A stretch of DNA of 63,411 nucleotides, the filler included, from Stramenopiles sp. TOSAG23-3 (lineage: Eukaryota): NCBI GenBank assembly GCA_900128585.1. It is 6 parts of 6 records of this genome, joined end to end, with 100 filler letters (N's around TTAATTAATTAA, not from the genome) between each part and the next. Parts side by side here need not be neighbours in the genome. Positions count along the whole stretch, not along the records: positions 52,950 to 63,411 come from LT642813.1; 5 more parts are not named here. The stretch is one strand, 5' to 3'. This document shows positions 54,497-63,411 of this stretch, in pieces. Below the pieces are notes generated by a model. That model saw nothing but the letters and a program-made list of their open reading frames with translations, was not told where the DNA came from and searched no databases. Both the position numbers and the translations under genes were made by a program. Positions within the stretch are counted from its first letter, which is position 1; every line of letters starts with the position of its first letter.

Positions 54497-55391
54497 TGCA
54501 TCCGCAAAGGATGTCCAATCGTAAGACTATATCGACGCAAAACTATAAGCCTCTATATGTGGATCATCAAAACAATATGGTCTTTCCCATGCGGAGCTCA
54601 CGAAGTGTTATTAAGGTGACTACAAGAGTACGTTATCAAGACGTTGTACCAGTGGGAAGAATTAGATTGAACAACAATGGAGTAATGGAAAGAAAGGTAA
54701 GTATCCAAATTAACAAACTTTTAAAATCACGAATTAAAGAGAATGAGAAACCACCGTCAGGATGAAAACGGATAAGATCTGTGACCGAAGACCGAAGATA
54801 ATGTGAGACTGGAATAACGAAGGTGGACATGAGACTACGTCAAGTTATCGAGGCAAAGTAAGACTGAGGAGTGAACCGGCTGAACATGATGTAAGACCTA
54901 TGGGCATTGCATGGGATTATTACGAACGTAGTGTAAGACCGAAAGGGCATCGTACGCAGTATGTGTCGGTAAGACGAGCAAAGTAAGACCTGTTGCTGAG
55001 TGGTAGCGCCCCAGTCGATAGTTTGAGCGTACATGATCCAGCTGGATACCTGCAGTATCGGGTGTAGTCGAGGAAACGGAACCGCATGAGCGCTATGGAA
55101 GTGTATCGTTACTGGTGTTAAGATAAAGCTTAGGATCATGATGATACTGGAGAGTTTAGACGGTAGACAGTAGGCTGGGAGTCCGTCATACAGAAGGCTG
55201 TACCGTGGGGTACACCTTGGCAATGCGTAATGCATTCTCTCTCTTCCAACACTGGCTCCTGGGTTAACGAGTCAAGTGATGTTAGGATAAGGAAAACCGC
55301 GGATAGAATCAAACGTTGTGGTTCATGGATGACGATAAGTGGGTAAACCAAGAGGGCCGCTTGTCTGAAAATGAACTGGGACTACTCCTTC

Positions 55392-55408
55392 AAAAAGAAG
55401 GGGGCGAA
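55392..55408 (+). promoter_or_regulatory. Polypurine tract
   Basis: AAAAAGAAGGGGGCGAA directly before TG at 55409. Confidence 0.75.
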
Positions 55409-55685
55409 TGTGACGACCGGTATTCGTCACAGGTGCTATTTGCATATAGGTTACTAATTCTGTTCAGTAAAATTCCTATGGATGTAANNNNNNNNNNNNN
55501 NNNNNNNNNNNNNNNNNNNNNNNNNNNNNNNNNNNNNNNNNNNNNNNNNNNNNNNNNNNNNNNNNNNNNNNNNNNNNNNNNNNNNNNNNNNNNNNNNNGT
55601 GATCGAATTTATCGATCGAGATACAGCGGCAGAGCATAGAGTTTGAGGTGAAGTGACGATGACCTGAGGAAGGGCCGGTGTCATA
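55409..55685 (+). repeat. 3' LTR (contains an N gap at 55488-55598 and lacks about 257 bp present in the 5' LTR)
   Basis: Begins TGTGACGACCG and ends CGGTGTCATA, an imperfect terminal inverted repeat. Confidence 0.8.
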
Positions 55686-55955
55686 ACTTTTTTTTCTCTT
55701 TTCTTATAGACACGACGACGACATTGTTTTTTCATTCTGTTTCTATATAATAATAAAAAACTTGAAATATATTGTAGTATTCTTCCTTAAAATATTAAGG
55801 GAATAATCTTGATGTGACGAGTTGCGTTGTTGCGTTTCATTATGATAATAATTAGTACATGTGCCTATGGAGAAAGCCTATTGTAAAATGACAACAAAAG
55901 GACAGAGAGAAGAAGAGTAAAATTGAAAAAATGCAGATTTCCCTTCCATTTCGTT

Positions 55956-58900
55956 TTACATGACTTCCTTTCTGATGATTAGCACAACGCTCAGCGTTTC
56001 CATTATATAATCAGTGAATTGTTCCCTTGGGATGGTGGGGGATTTGTGATCCAGCAGAGCGTACGACATGCCCAAATACAAGATCGTTCCCGTCGACAGA
56101 TCATCGTCGGGGTCGGGCACAATACTTCGAACGTCAGCGCCTAACTTTTTGTAGAAAAGGTACCGCACAGCTTCCAAGAAGCGTTCCCGTGGGACTCCTA
56201 TTCCACCGGAGGTGAAACGCTCAAACGCTCGCGTCACATTCGTTTTGAATTGGTCTTGACCCATGATGGCAGCCAACTGTCTTCGTGCGGCCGAAATCGT
56301 TCGTCCCAGCAGTAGGCCGCCAATAGGGACTTCCTCGTTCAGTTCAGACTCTTTCGGTTTCTGAACCTCCGTATCTCCATCTTCTTCGTCGACAGAATCT
56401 CGCTCCATGGCGTCTTCCACGGTGCGCCGCAGCCAAGTCGGCAACCTCGTCAATTTAGCGTTCAAATTAATCCCCTTCTTCCCTTGCCCTGTCGTCCACA
56501 TCTCTGCGGATATGACCCCTTTCAAATCATCCTCGGACATAAAATCATCCGTAGGAGCAGCGCCGGGCACCTTTTCTTCCTCTTCGGACATGTCCAAGAT
56601 GCTTTTCTTTTTTACCTCTTCAACGCCCACATTAACAATGCCAAAGCCTCGTCCGTACGAAGTTCTGTGCGCATACGTTATTCTGTCGGCCAAGTCAATC
56701 CTACCGTGAAGTTCGGCTTCAAACTCGTCCGGTTTTGCACCAATCGGAGGCGGGATCAGCTGCCGTAGAGAAGCTCCGGAGTTCAGGTCTTTGATCGTTG
56801 ATTGTATCCCTGTTCGCAACCCCCCCGCCAGAAGCAGCGCGTCGCGAAAGCCTTCTTTCCCGTCCGATTTCCAGGCAAACAAAGTATCCAAAAGCCGCAG
56901 CAAATCGTTTTGGTTGTAACACCACTGGTCACGCAAGTTTGCACAAGACGGGTGCAACCCTTTCAAAGCGGCGTCCTCAGGAGACTCGTCCACGTACGGG
57001 AACTCGCAGCAGAACACGACTGCCTTGAGCCGTGGTTCCGCTAGGGTCGCACCAATTTCTCTCCAATGTTGCTCGGTCAACAAGGACCGGGTGCCGTGCA
57101 ACACGTTCCCGCTGCTGCCCAGCCTGGCTCCCCGCATGTCTAGAAACACCAGGCCCACGTTCCCGTACGTCAAGGTAAACCGTTCGGAGACACCACCTGC
57201 GCCTTCTTTGGGGTCCCATTCATTCTCCATTTCGGGGTCCCACAACTGCCGTTGGTACTCCCGGTACGCCCGGCGACAGAGCCGAATGATCGTTGGGCCC
57301 CACGCGCCACTATCGCTCCCCAACGCTGGGCCCCCAGACGGCCAAGTAAACCCTTCAGCGAGATCTACGTCGCTCCAGATCATTAAGTTACTGCAGGTTG
57401 CTAAACTTTCTTTGACATGGGGCAAATTCCATGTAAATCTATAGGCCTCCCTTATTTTTTCTAACGCCAATTCCTCCAACATCCCCATTTCCCCCTCACG
57501 ACTAAGGATGTTGATGGCGTCTACGAATGATTTCCGCGGGTCCACCTGTGCCCCTAAGTGCACGATAAGGTCTGGCCCGCCCCAGGGGAACTGCAGCTGC
57601 TCGTAGATACGGTGCCACGGATTTTCGTCGTTAATTTCTAGCTCCTCGACGCGGTCGTTTTGAACGCAAACGCACGTTAGCTGTTCTGGGTCTATGGGCA
57701 AAGTCGTCACTGCCCCACGGTGCTGCAGCCACCTGGATATTCCCTCGAAATGAATCAAGTACCGCCTCTCCGGCCTGAGGCCGGTTGCCACAAACGCCTT
57801 CGGACGCCTCCCTGGCATGTTCTGGGGAAAGCGCAAGACTTGCCGGCTGAGCACGTCGGTCAGAACGCACGTGATGATTGCGGCGCGCTCGACCTCCAAC
57901 AAAACAACTGCCGTCGTGGACGTGACTTTTCCGACAATAGGGCCTACCAACGCGCGGGCTGGCTTTTCGATTGCGCCGATCATTCGAACTTTCATTTTTG
58001 GCACCTCGTACACAGAGGCAACCTTTACGTCGAGCGTGACGAAGTTTCTTTGGGGACGTTTCATGGGAAAGTGTTCGTACGTAAAAATGCCTTCGTCGTC
58101 TGCCTTGCCCTTTAGGTTCTGGCGAAATGGTGCAACGCTGTCGGTCAATGGCCCAACACTAATTTGGCGGAAAAATGCACCCGACGCGACGTGGTTGATC
58201 TTGGTCTCCGCCCCCATGCGCAGCCCACCATTCACCAATACTAAATTGTTCCCTTCCGACTTGTTCTTCCACGCGAGCAGCATTTCCAACAGTCTGGTCA
58301 GCGACTTTGAATTGTACGCCCAACGCTCTTTCACTGCTATTGTTTCCGGCCTCCGCGCCCGCTTCTTCGCCTCCCCAGGGGACTCTTCGACCAACGGTCT
58401 CTCTACCCCCACTACAAGGGCCCTCAGCTCCGGGTTCTCCAGCGTATGGCGTATGAACTCCCACTGAAGGTCGCTAACTAAAGGGTTGTCGCGCGCCTGG
58501 CCGCCCGCTGCAAGGAGTCGCCCACCTCGCATGTCTACAAAAAGAACGCCTATGTGGCCGAACAGGTGAAAGTGGTGCTCTTGCGACGGCTTCTGCTCCA
58601 AGCCACGTATCAGCTCTTCATCGTCGTCGGACTCGGTGTCCGTGTCCTCCACCTTCTTGACTTGCATCTTGCGGTCCCGGATGGATTTGAACAGCGCTTC
58701 GGACTCCTTCTTCGCGTCCGAGTCGCCCGACCCGTCCCCCAGGCCGTTTACGACACAGTCGGGGTCCCACAGTTGCCTTTGGTACTCCCTGTACACTTCC
58801 TGCCCCAACCTGACCATGGCCTTCGAAGGCGGGTTGCCCATAGCGTCCATGACGATGGTAAAATCTTTATATATGTCCTCGTCGCTCAACATCATTATGT

Positions 58901-59741
58901 TCGATACGCTCGCCAAAACCTTTCGGGTCCGTGGCATGTTCCAGACGGACCGGTACACGTCCCTTAGCTGCTCTTTGGAGACCTCCTCGATCTCTTTCTG
59001 GCTCGTGGTCGAGAACCCAGTCTGCTCGTGCCGTTGAAAAAGGACCCATGCGCGCTGGAAAACTTCTGAACCGTAAACCTGCCCGCCGAGATGGACCAAG
59101 ACGTCCACTTCGTAGTTCGCGACTTTCGCAGCGATCCGTTCCCAAATGTTGGGGTCTCCCCTGGTGAGAGCCTGGGGCCTGTCCCCAGACACGATGACGG
59201 TCCGCAGCCGCTGCGACAGGGTACTGTATGTCCGAAAGGAGCCAATCCTTTCCTCTGCGTCTTGCCGGCACACCCCACTAAACGTCGCTTTGTACCGTTG
59301 GCCGGCACTCAGACCGCTCACCTTGAACACTCTCGGGGAGTTCGCGGGCATCGTCTGGGTCACGGCCGCCATCACCCGGCCCTGTGGGGCAGCATCGTCC
59401 AGCAGACTTATGTAGCACGTCACTTCCCTTGCGTTGTCGACCTCGATCAGGATGATGGCGTCCTCGTCTGTGACCTTCCCAATGACTGGGCCGACAACGA
59501 TGTGCACCGCCTCGTCTGTTTCAAGCGTTGCTCCGAACTTGTAGACCCCCCCACGTTCAATCGTTTGCGGAAAGAACCCAGTGTTGAGTTTCTCTTCCGA
59601 AAGCTTGTGCAGTCGGTGCTCCAAGGCAATTACTTCTTTTCGCTGCACTGCCTGAACCGCTTGAAGCTTCTGTTCCAGGTCGTTCAACTCCTGGCGCAAC
59701 TTCCGCACAGTCTGGTACCGCGCAGAGGCAGAGTTCCCCAT
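55956..59741 (-). CDS. N-myristoylated protein with two tandem (FN3-like + PhoD-like metallophosphatase) modules; metal ligands degenerate
   Basis: MGNSAS start. Duplicated VGP(V/I)(I/V)GKVT...GL(SAG/RPE)xRY; VHLGGQVY and VHLGAQVD; VYRSVWNMP and AYRFTWNLP; YREYQRQLWDP twice; DMRG twice. Confidence 0.78.
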   Translation of the reverse strand: MGNSASARYQTVRKLRQELNDLEQKLQAVQAVQRKEVIALEHRLHKLSEEKLNTGFFPQTIERGGVYKFGATLETDEAVHIVVGPVIGKVTDEDAIILIEVDNAREVTCYISLLDDAAPQGRVMAAVTQTMPANSPRVFKVSGLSAGQRYKATFSGVCRQDAEERIGSFRTYSTLSQRLRTVIVSGDRPQALTRGDPNIWERIAAKVANYEVDVLVHLGGQVYGSEVFQRAWVLFQRHEQTGFSTTSQKEIEEVSKEQLRDVYRSVWNMPRTRKVLASVSNIMMLSDEDIYKDFTIVMDAMGNPPSKAMVRLGQEVYREYQRQLWDPDCVVNGLGDGSGDSDAKKESEALFKSIRDRKMQVKKVEDTDTESDDDEELIRGLEQKPSQEHHFHLFGHIGVLFVDMRGGRLLAAGGQARDNPLVSDLQWEFIRHTLENPELRALVVGVERPLVEESPGEAKKRARRPETIAVKERWAYNSKSLTRLLEMLLAWKNKSEGNNLVLVNGGLRMGAETKINHVASGAFFRQISVGPLTDSVAPFRQNLKGKADDEGIFTYEHFPMKRPQRNFVTLDVKVASVYEVPKMKVRMIGAIEKPARALVGPIVGKVTSTTAVVLLEVERAAIITCVLTDVLSRQVLRFPQNMPGRRPKAFVATGLRPERRYLIHFEGISRWLQHRGAVTTLPIDPEQLTCVCVQNDRVEELEINDENPWHRIYEQLQFPWGGPDLIVHLGAQVDPRKSFVDAINILSREGEMGMLEELALEKIREAYRFTWNLPHVKESLATCSNLMIWSDVDLAEGFTWPSGGPALGSDSGAWGPTIIRLCRRAYREYQRQLWDPEMENEWDPKEGAGGVSERFTLTYGNVGLVFLDMRGARLGSSGNVLHGTRSLLTEQHWREIGATLAEPRLKAVVFCCEFPYVDESPEDAALKGLHPSCANLRDQWCYNQNDLLRLLDTLFAWKSDGKEGFRDALLLAGGLRTGIQSTIKDLNSGASLRQLIPPPIGAKPDEFEAELHGRIDLADRITYAHRTSYGRGFGIVNVGVEEVKKKSILDMSEEEEKVPGAAPTDDFMSEDDLKGVISAEMWTTGQGKKGINLNAKLTRLPTWLRRTVEDAMERDSVDEEDGDTEVQKPKESELNEEVPIGGLLLGRTISAARRQLAAIMGQDQFKTNVTRAFERFTSGGIGVPRERFLEAVRYLFYKKLGADVRSIVPDPDDDLSTGTILYLGMSYALLDHKSPTIPREQFTDYIMETLSVVLIIRKEVM

Positions 59742-60964
59742 GCTAACAGATTACGAATAGCCTGCACAGTCGAAGTCGACTTCCCCAACAACCACGTTCC
59801 GACCAAAATGGAAATAAAAGTGGAAAAGAACGCAGCAGCAGAGAGAACTCAATAAGTTGTCTCCAATAATTTGATTGAAAACAAGCCACCCTCTTCGTAA
59901 AAGTATTTTCAGTGTATTCCTTTTTTAGTTCGTATCGCCCATTGTCTATATGTCATTTCTCTCTTTTTCTTTCTTTCTTTCTTTCTTTCTTTCTTGTAGC
60001 ATCTTGGGCATGGGCATGAATGAGTACATTGAAGTGATGTCGGTCGCGGTGGTAGGTAACAAATTATTATTTTATATTTAATAATAATTATTATAAGAGA
60101 ATAGAATAGAAAGCAAGTATTAAATCGAAGGATGATGATAATACAGCTTCTTTGATAATAAAAATAATAATAATAAAATAATATATCTCTTCTTCTTCTT
60201 TTCTTCTTTCTCCTTTTCTTCTTCTATCTATAATTGTATGTATTAATATTCTATTATATTCTCTTCTTATTTTTTTTTTTTGAATTTCTTTTTTCTTCTT
60301 CTCTTCTTCCTTCTTCTTTCTTTCTTTCTTTTTTTCTTTCTTTCTTCTTTCTTTTTTAAAAATACAACGAATACAATACGAAAAGCCACCTAAAATTAAG
60401 GATATATGTATATAGGGATAACGAAATGAGACCCTTTGGAATGATAAGGTCATTGTAGATGTAGGGATTTAGATGAAAATCATTTAATATAAAAATAGAA
60501 TAAAAAAGTGATAAAATATACTTCTTTTACATAAACACATCATACATACTATTTATATATATATATCCTTAATTATAACCAATCTCTAAAAAACAATAGA
60601 ATAGACCATGATGTACAGAGGAGAGGGCACACAACACAGGCTTACAGTAACATACTTTTAATTTAAATATATTAGCTTTTATACCTGTAATTATATTTAA
60701 CATTTGTATTCAATCTATTGGCTAATAGGCTTATTATAGGCTAGAAGAAGAAGAAGAATTAAGTATACCTCATATACAGCCACACAGCATCTATACGTTA
60801 TTGTTACTTAAATATATTATATTTTTTTTGTCCATTCTTCTTCCAAAAAAACATCCATATCATCAAAACGAAGAAAATCAAGAGAAGAATTTGGTTTTTG
60901 TTGGAGGAGGAAAGGTGAAAATCTTTTTAAACATATATCTTGTTGGTTGTATAATATGAAAATT

Positions 60965-61771
60965 TTATTCACGGTAAACCTGAGTCTCAATATTTGCGAG
61001 GTCACTTCGTTCCAGAGCTAATAGTCGCCTTTGAGATTCTTCGAATTCATTTTTCCAATAGCAGGATGAGTGCACATATCCAGTTCCTTGTGGCATCCTG
61101 TGCATTTTTTTATGAACTTCCTGATTACACAAACCGCACAAACCTTTTTTTTCAATAATAGCCCAATATTTATTATCCATAGTTGGCAGCGCAACTGTAG
61201 TCTGAGTGTCTTTAGTAGACGAATTAACTGTGGCCTCAGTGTCTTTAGTAGACAAGTTAAGTGTGGTCTGAGAAGAGCTTGACGATGAGGGCACAGAAGA
61301 CTGTCCTGAAGCCTTCGTATCTGTACATTCCTTGTTGCGTAACCATATTTTCATTTTCGGCGTTGGTTCCGGTGAATATTGAATCATGCTGTTTCGTTTC
61401 TTAAACCAATTTCTGAACGCATTTGTCGTTATGTCGGGTATGTCCTTGCCCACTATACTGGGGTACATTTTGTCAACAAAGTGTTTCTTCAAACCGGCAT
61501 ACCCATCAAAAAAATGGACGCCTTCTTCTCCAGCATTTTTGATAATGTATGTGCTATACTTTTGCAACGCTACTGGAATAAATATGTGATCTTCTCGATT
61601 TCCAGCAACATGTTTCCAACCGTTTGGCTTCAAATACCTGCCCCAACAAATTTGCGTGTCTTTCTGTTCATCGCCAAGACCACCACCCTTCGCTCCAGTG
61701 CGAACACTTCTTCTCCGCGAATTCAACGCAGGGCCGCCACCTGTAACCTGTGAAATCTTTCGCTTGTACAT
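60965..61771 (-). CDS. Hypothetical, probably nuclear protein with a W-x3-LK-x2-GW...G(V)HFF domain and a C-terminal CxxC...HxxC zinc finger
   Basis: Basic N-terminus; WGRYLKPNGWK...GEEGVHFFDG; CGLC-x16-HSSC; STKDT tandem duplication. Confidence 0.6.
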   Translation of the reverse strand: MYKRKISQVTGGGPALNSRRRSVRTGAKGGGLGDEQKDTQICWGRYLKPNGWKHVAGNREDHIFIPVALQKYSTYIIKNAGEEGVHFFDGYAGLKKHFVDKMYPSIVGKDIPDITTNAFRNWFKKRNSMIQYSPEPTPKMKIWLRNKECTDTKASGQSSVPSSSSSSQTTLNLSTKDTEATVNSSTKDTQTTVALPTMDNKYWAIIEKKGLCGLCNQEVHKKMHRMPQGTGYVHSSCYWKNEFEESQRRLLALERSDLANIETQVYRE

Positions 61772-62495
61772 CCCTTACAACCTTGTTAAATGCCACCTTT
61801 TGCTGGTTGGTTATTATCTTGATTACTTCGACAAAAGGGTTCTTTTTTAAACAGACAAATTAACCTTTCATGGTTTTAATGAAAAGATGGTTCCATTCGC
61901 TGGGAGGTTGTGGTTACCCTTGTATTCCAAGAAAGTCCAATAATAATAGAAAGTTGTTAGTAGTAGTTTGAAGAAAGTGGTGTCTCTATAGTGTGTCCTC
62001 GTAGTTTTTTTAATTTTATTATTCTTCTTTAAAAAAAAATTATAATAAAAATTTTGAAGAAATAATAATAAGCAAGAAATTATTTTATTCCACAACAAAA
62101 AAAAACAAAAAAAAAACATCAACACACCACACATCAACACACAATATATTATTACACTTTATTATTTTAATGTACACAGGATTGATATTATTATAGCAAG
62201 AGAGACAGATGTCATCAAATAAATAAATTATCTTTTTTTTTCACTTTAGAATCGGATTGCCTTGCTCACTTTTTTATTGGAGTTGTTTATCAAGTTGTGA
62301 TAGATCGTAGACAAAGGGCTTACCAAACAGACAAAGCCTCGGCCCCTCAGACGACGGCTAGCCGATGCCGGCGACTCACACTGATGCCATTTTCCCTTTC
62401 TTCCTGAGTCTCTTTCTCGCTCGCTCAACAACTGGGGGTTTTACTTACTGTACAAAATACTAATCAACTTTAGTAATGAACCACGCGGCCTTTTT

Positions 62496-63395
62496 TTAAT
62501 TCCAATTGAACCCTTTTCCCGTTGCCAACAACAGAGACTTTTCATAGATGACCCAAAATATCAATTGCCATGGCCCTAGCCTAGTGTATCGCGCCAATAT
62601 GCCTTTATACAGCCCTTTGGCGCCTTGGTCTCTACGTAGTATTTTCATAAAGCAGTGCACCATCCCTGTGTACACCGGCCGGTTCAACGATTGATTCGCC
62701 AGCTTCACCCGCACGACATCAAAGGGATGCGACGCAATCGTCGCGCATGCCCCACTAACGATGGACGCTAGCGAGTGGATTGCCGCGTGCTCTTCCGTAG
62801 TGCCCATCTGCGACATCACCATTTCTTTCGTCCCCGTGTACACGGGAATCGCCGTTACCCACCATGCCGTGCTGCGCAGGAGCATCGGTGCACTGCCATT
62901 CCACAGTGAGAAAAAACCGTTCCGCTTTATGAAGGTCGTTGCGGCCGAGTAGGGTCCGTTGTACCGCTGCTTGTGCTTTGCGCGGCGCCCATCGGCCTGC
63001 ATTCTTATTTTCAGCGTTTCTATCGGGGCAAGGGCGCCGTTGCTCACGGTAGCCAAGAGCATCGACGTCATTGCTTTCGATACGGCAGGCGTCAGGATAC
63101 CAACTTTCTTGAAGTTTGCGTTTAGCTTTTTTCCGAACCCCAACACTACCATAGTGCTAAGCCCGTTTCTTGCCACGGCAAACGGTAGCCCATGAAAGAA
63201 TGCCCGACATCCACCTCGACGGTACGCCTGCCCAATTACGGTAGAGTAGTGTTGTAGCGGGAACGCCTTAAATTGGGACGGGCCTTTCTTTTTAACTTGA
63301 CTCCACGTCTTTATGGAGTCGATAGGATAGAGCAGCGTCTCCGTGGCACTGGCCGCGGCCAAAGTCACCAAAGGCTTCAATAAGGACGGGTCCAT
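62496..63395 (-). CDS. Mitochondrial carrier family (SLC25) protein, UCP/dicarboxylate-oxoglutarate carrier-like
   Basis: Three Px(D/E)xx(K/R) signatures (PIDSIK, PIETLK, PFDVVR), GLYKG, RLGPW. Confidence 0.92.
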   Translation of the reverse strand: MDPSLLKPLVTLAAASATETLLYPIDSIKTWSQVKKKGPSQFKAFPLQHYSTVIGQAYRRGGCRAFFHGLPFAVARNGLSTMVVLGFGKKLNANFKKVGILTPAVSKAMTSMLLATVSNGALAPIETLKIRMQADGRRAKHKQRYNGPYSAATTFIKRNGFFSLWNGSAPMLLRSTAWWVTAIPVYTGTKEMVMSQMGTTEEHAAIHSLASIVSGACATIASHPFDVVRVKLANQSLNRPVYTGMVHCFMKILRRDQGAKGLYKGILARYTRLGPWQLIFWVIYEKSLLLATGKGFNWN

Positions 63396-63411
63396 ACTAT
63401 GAGATCGAATG

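Larger units (their letters stand above)
52950..55685 (+). mobile_element. Short non-autonomous LTR retrotransposon (Gag only, no intact pol)
   Basis: 79-bp direct repeat at 52950-53028 and 55599-55677, with both LTRs ending CGGTGTCATA; PBS-like TGG sequence after the 5' LTR; Gag ORF; PPT immediately before the TGTGAC start of the 3' LTR. Confidence 0.85.

Noticed and set aside
55316-55408. Chromodomain remnant before the PPT
   Set aside because: Only a couple of Trp residues match; the aromatic cage pattern is not convincing.

Overview
Eukaryotic genomic DNA from a flagellated protist, plausibly a stramenopile (inference from the axonemal dynein, gene content, gene-dense intron-poor layout, and AT-rich, GAA-microsatellite-rich intergenic DNA). 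The window is not one locus. It is six contigs of about 10.5 kb (10511, 10506, 10486, 10477, 10469 and 10462 bp, decreasing in length) joined by artificial 100-bp N44-TTAATTAATTAA-N44 linkers, so gene neighbourhood is meaningful only within a contig. About 24 protein genes are present: a partial axonemal dynein heavy chain, a myosin split by a frameshift in a G10 run, an IQ/ankyrin/TPR/WW scaffold, MIF, COMMD3-like, a mitochondrial carrier, a methyltransferase, a DysF+EDR2_C protein, EF-hand proteins and hypotheticals. The most notable observations are: (1) a compact Gag-only LTR retroelement with PBS, PPT, TG...TA termini, a hairpin LTR end and an internal GTAAGAC cluster; (2) an EF-hand-caspase-SAM-novel repeat protein with a bacterial-type C14 domain; (3) a GST-cytidylyltransferase fusion; (4) a 22-53 bp dispersed repeat found only at gene 3' ends, which once forms a 38-bp foldback; (5) several pseudo-enzymes (tail-fibre-like S74 chaperone, double PhoD, TH1-pseudokinase, P-loop). 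All domain calls come from motif recognition by eye, not database searches.
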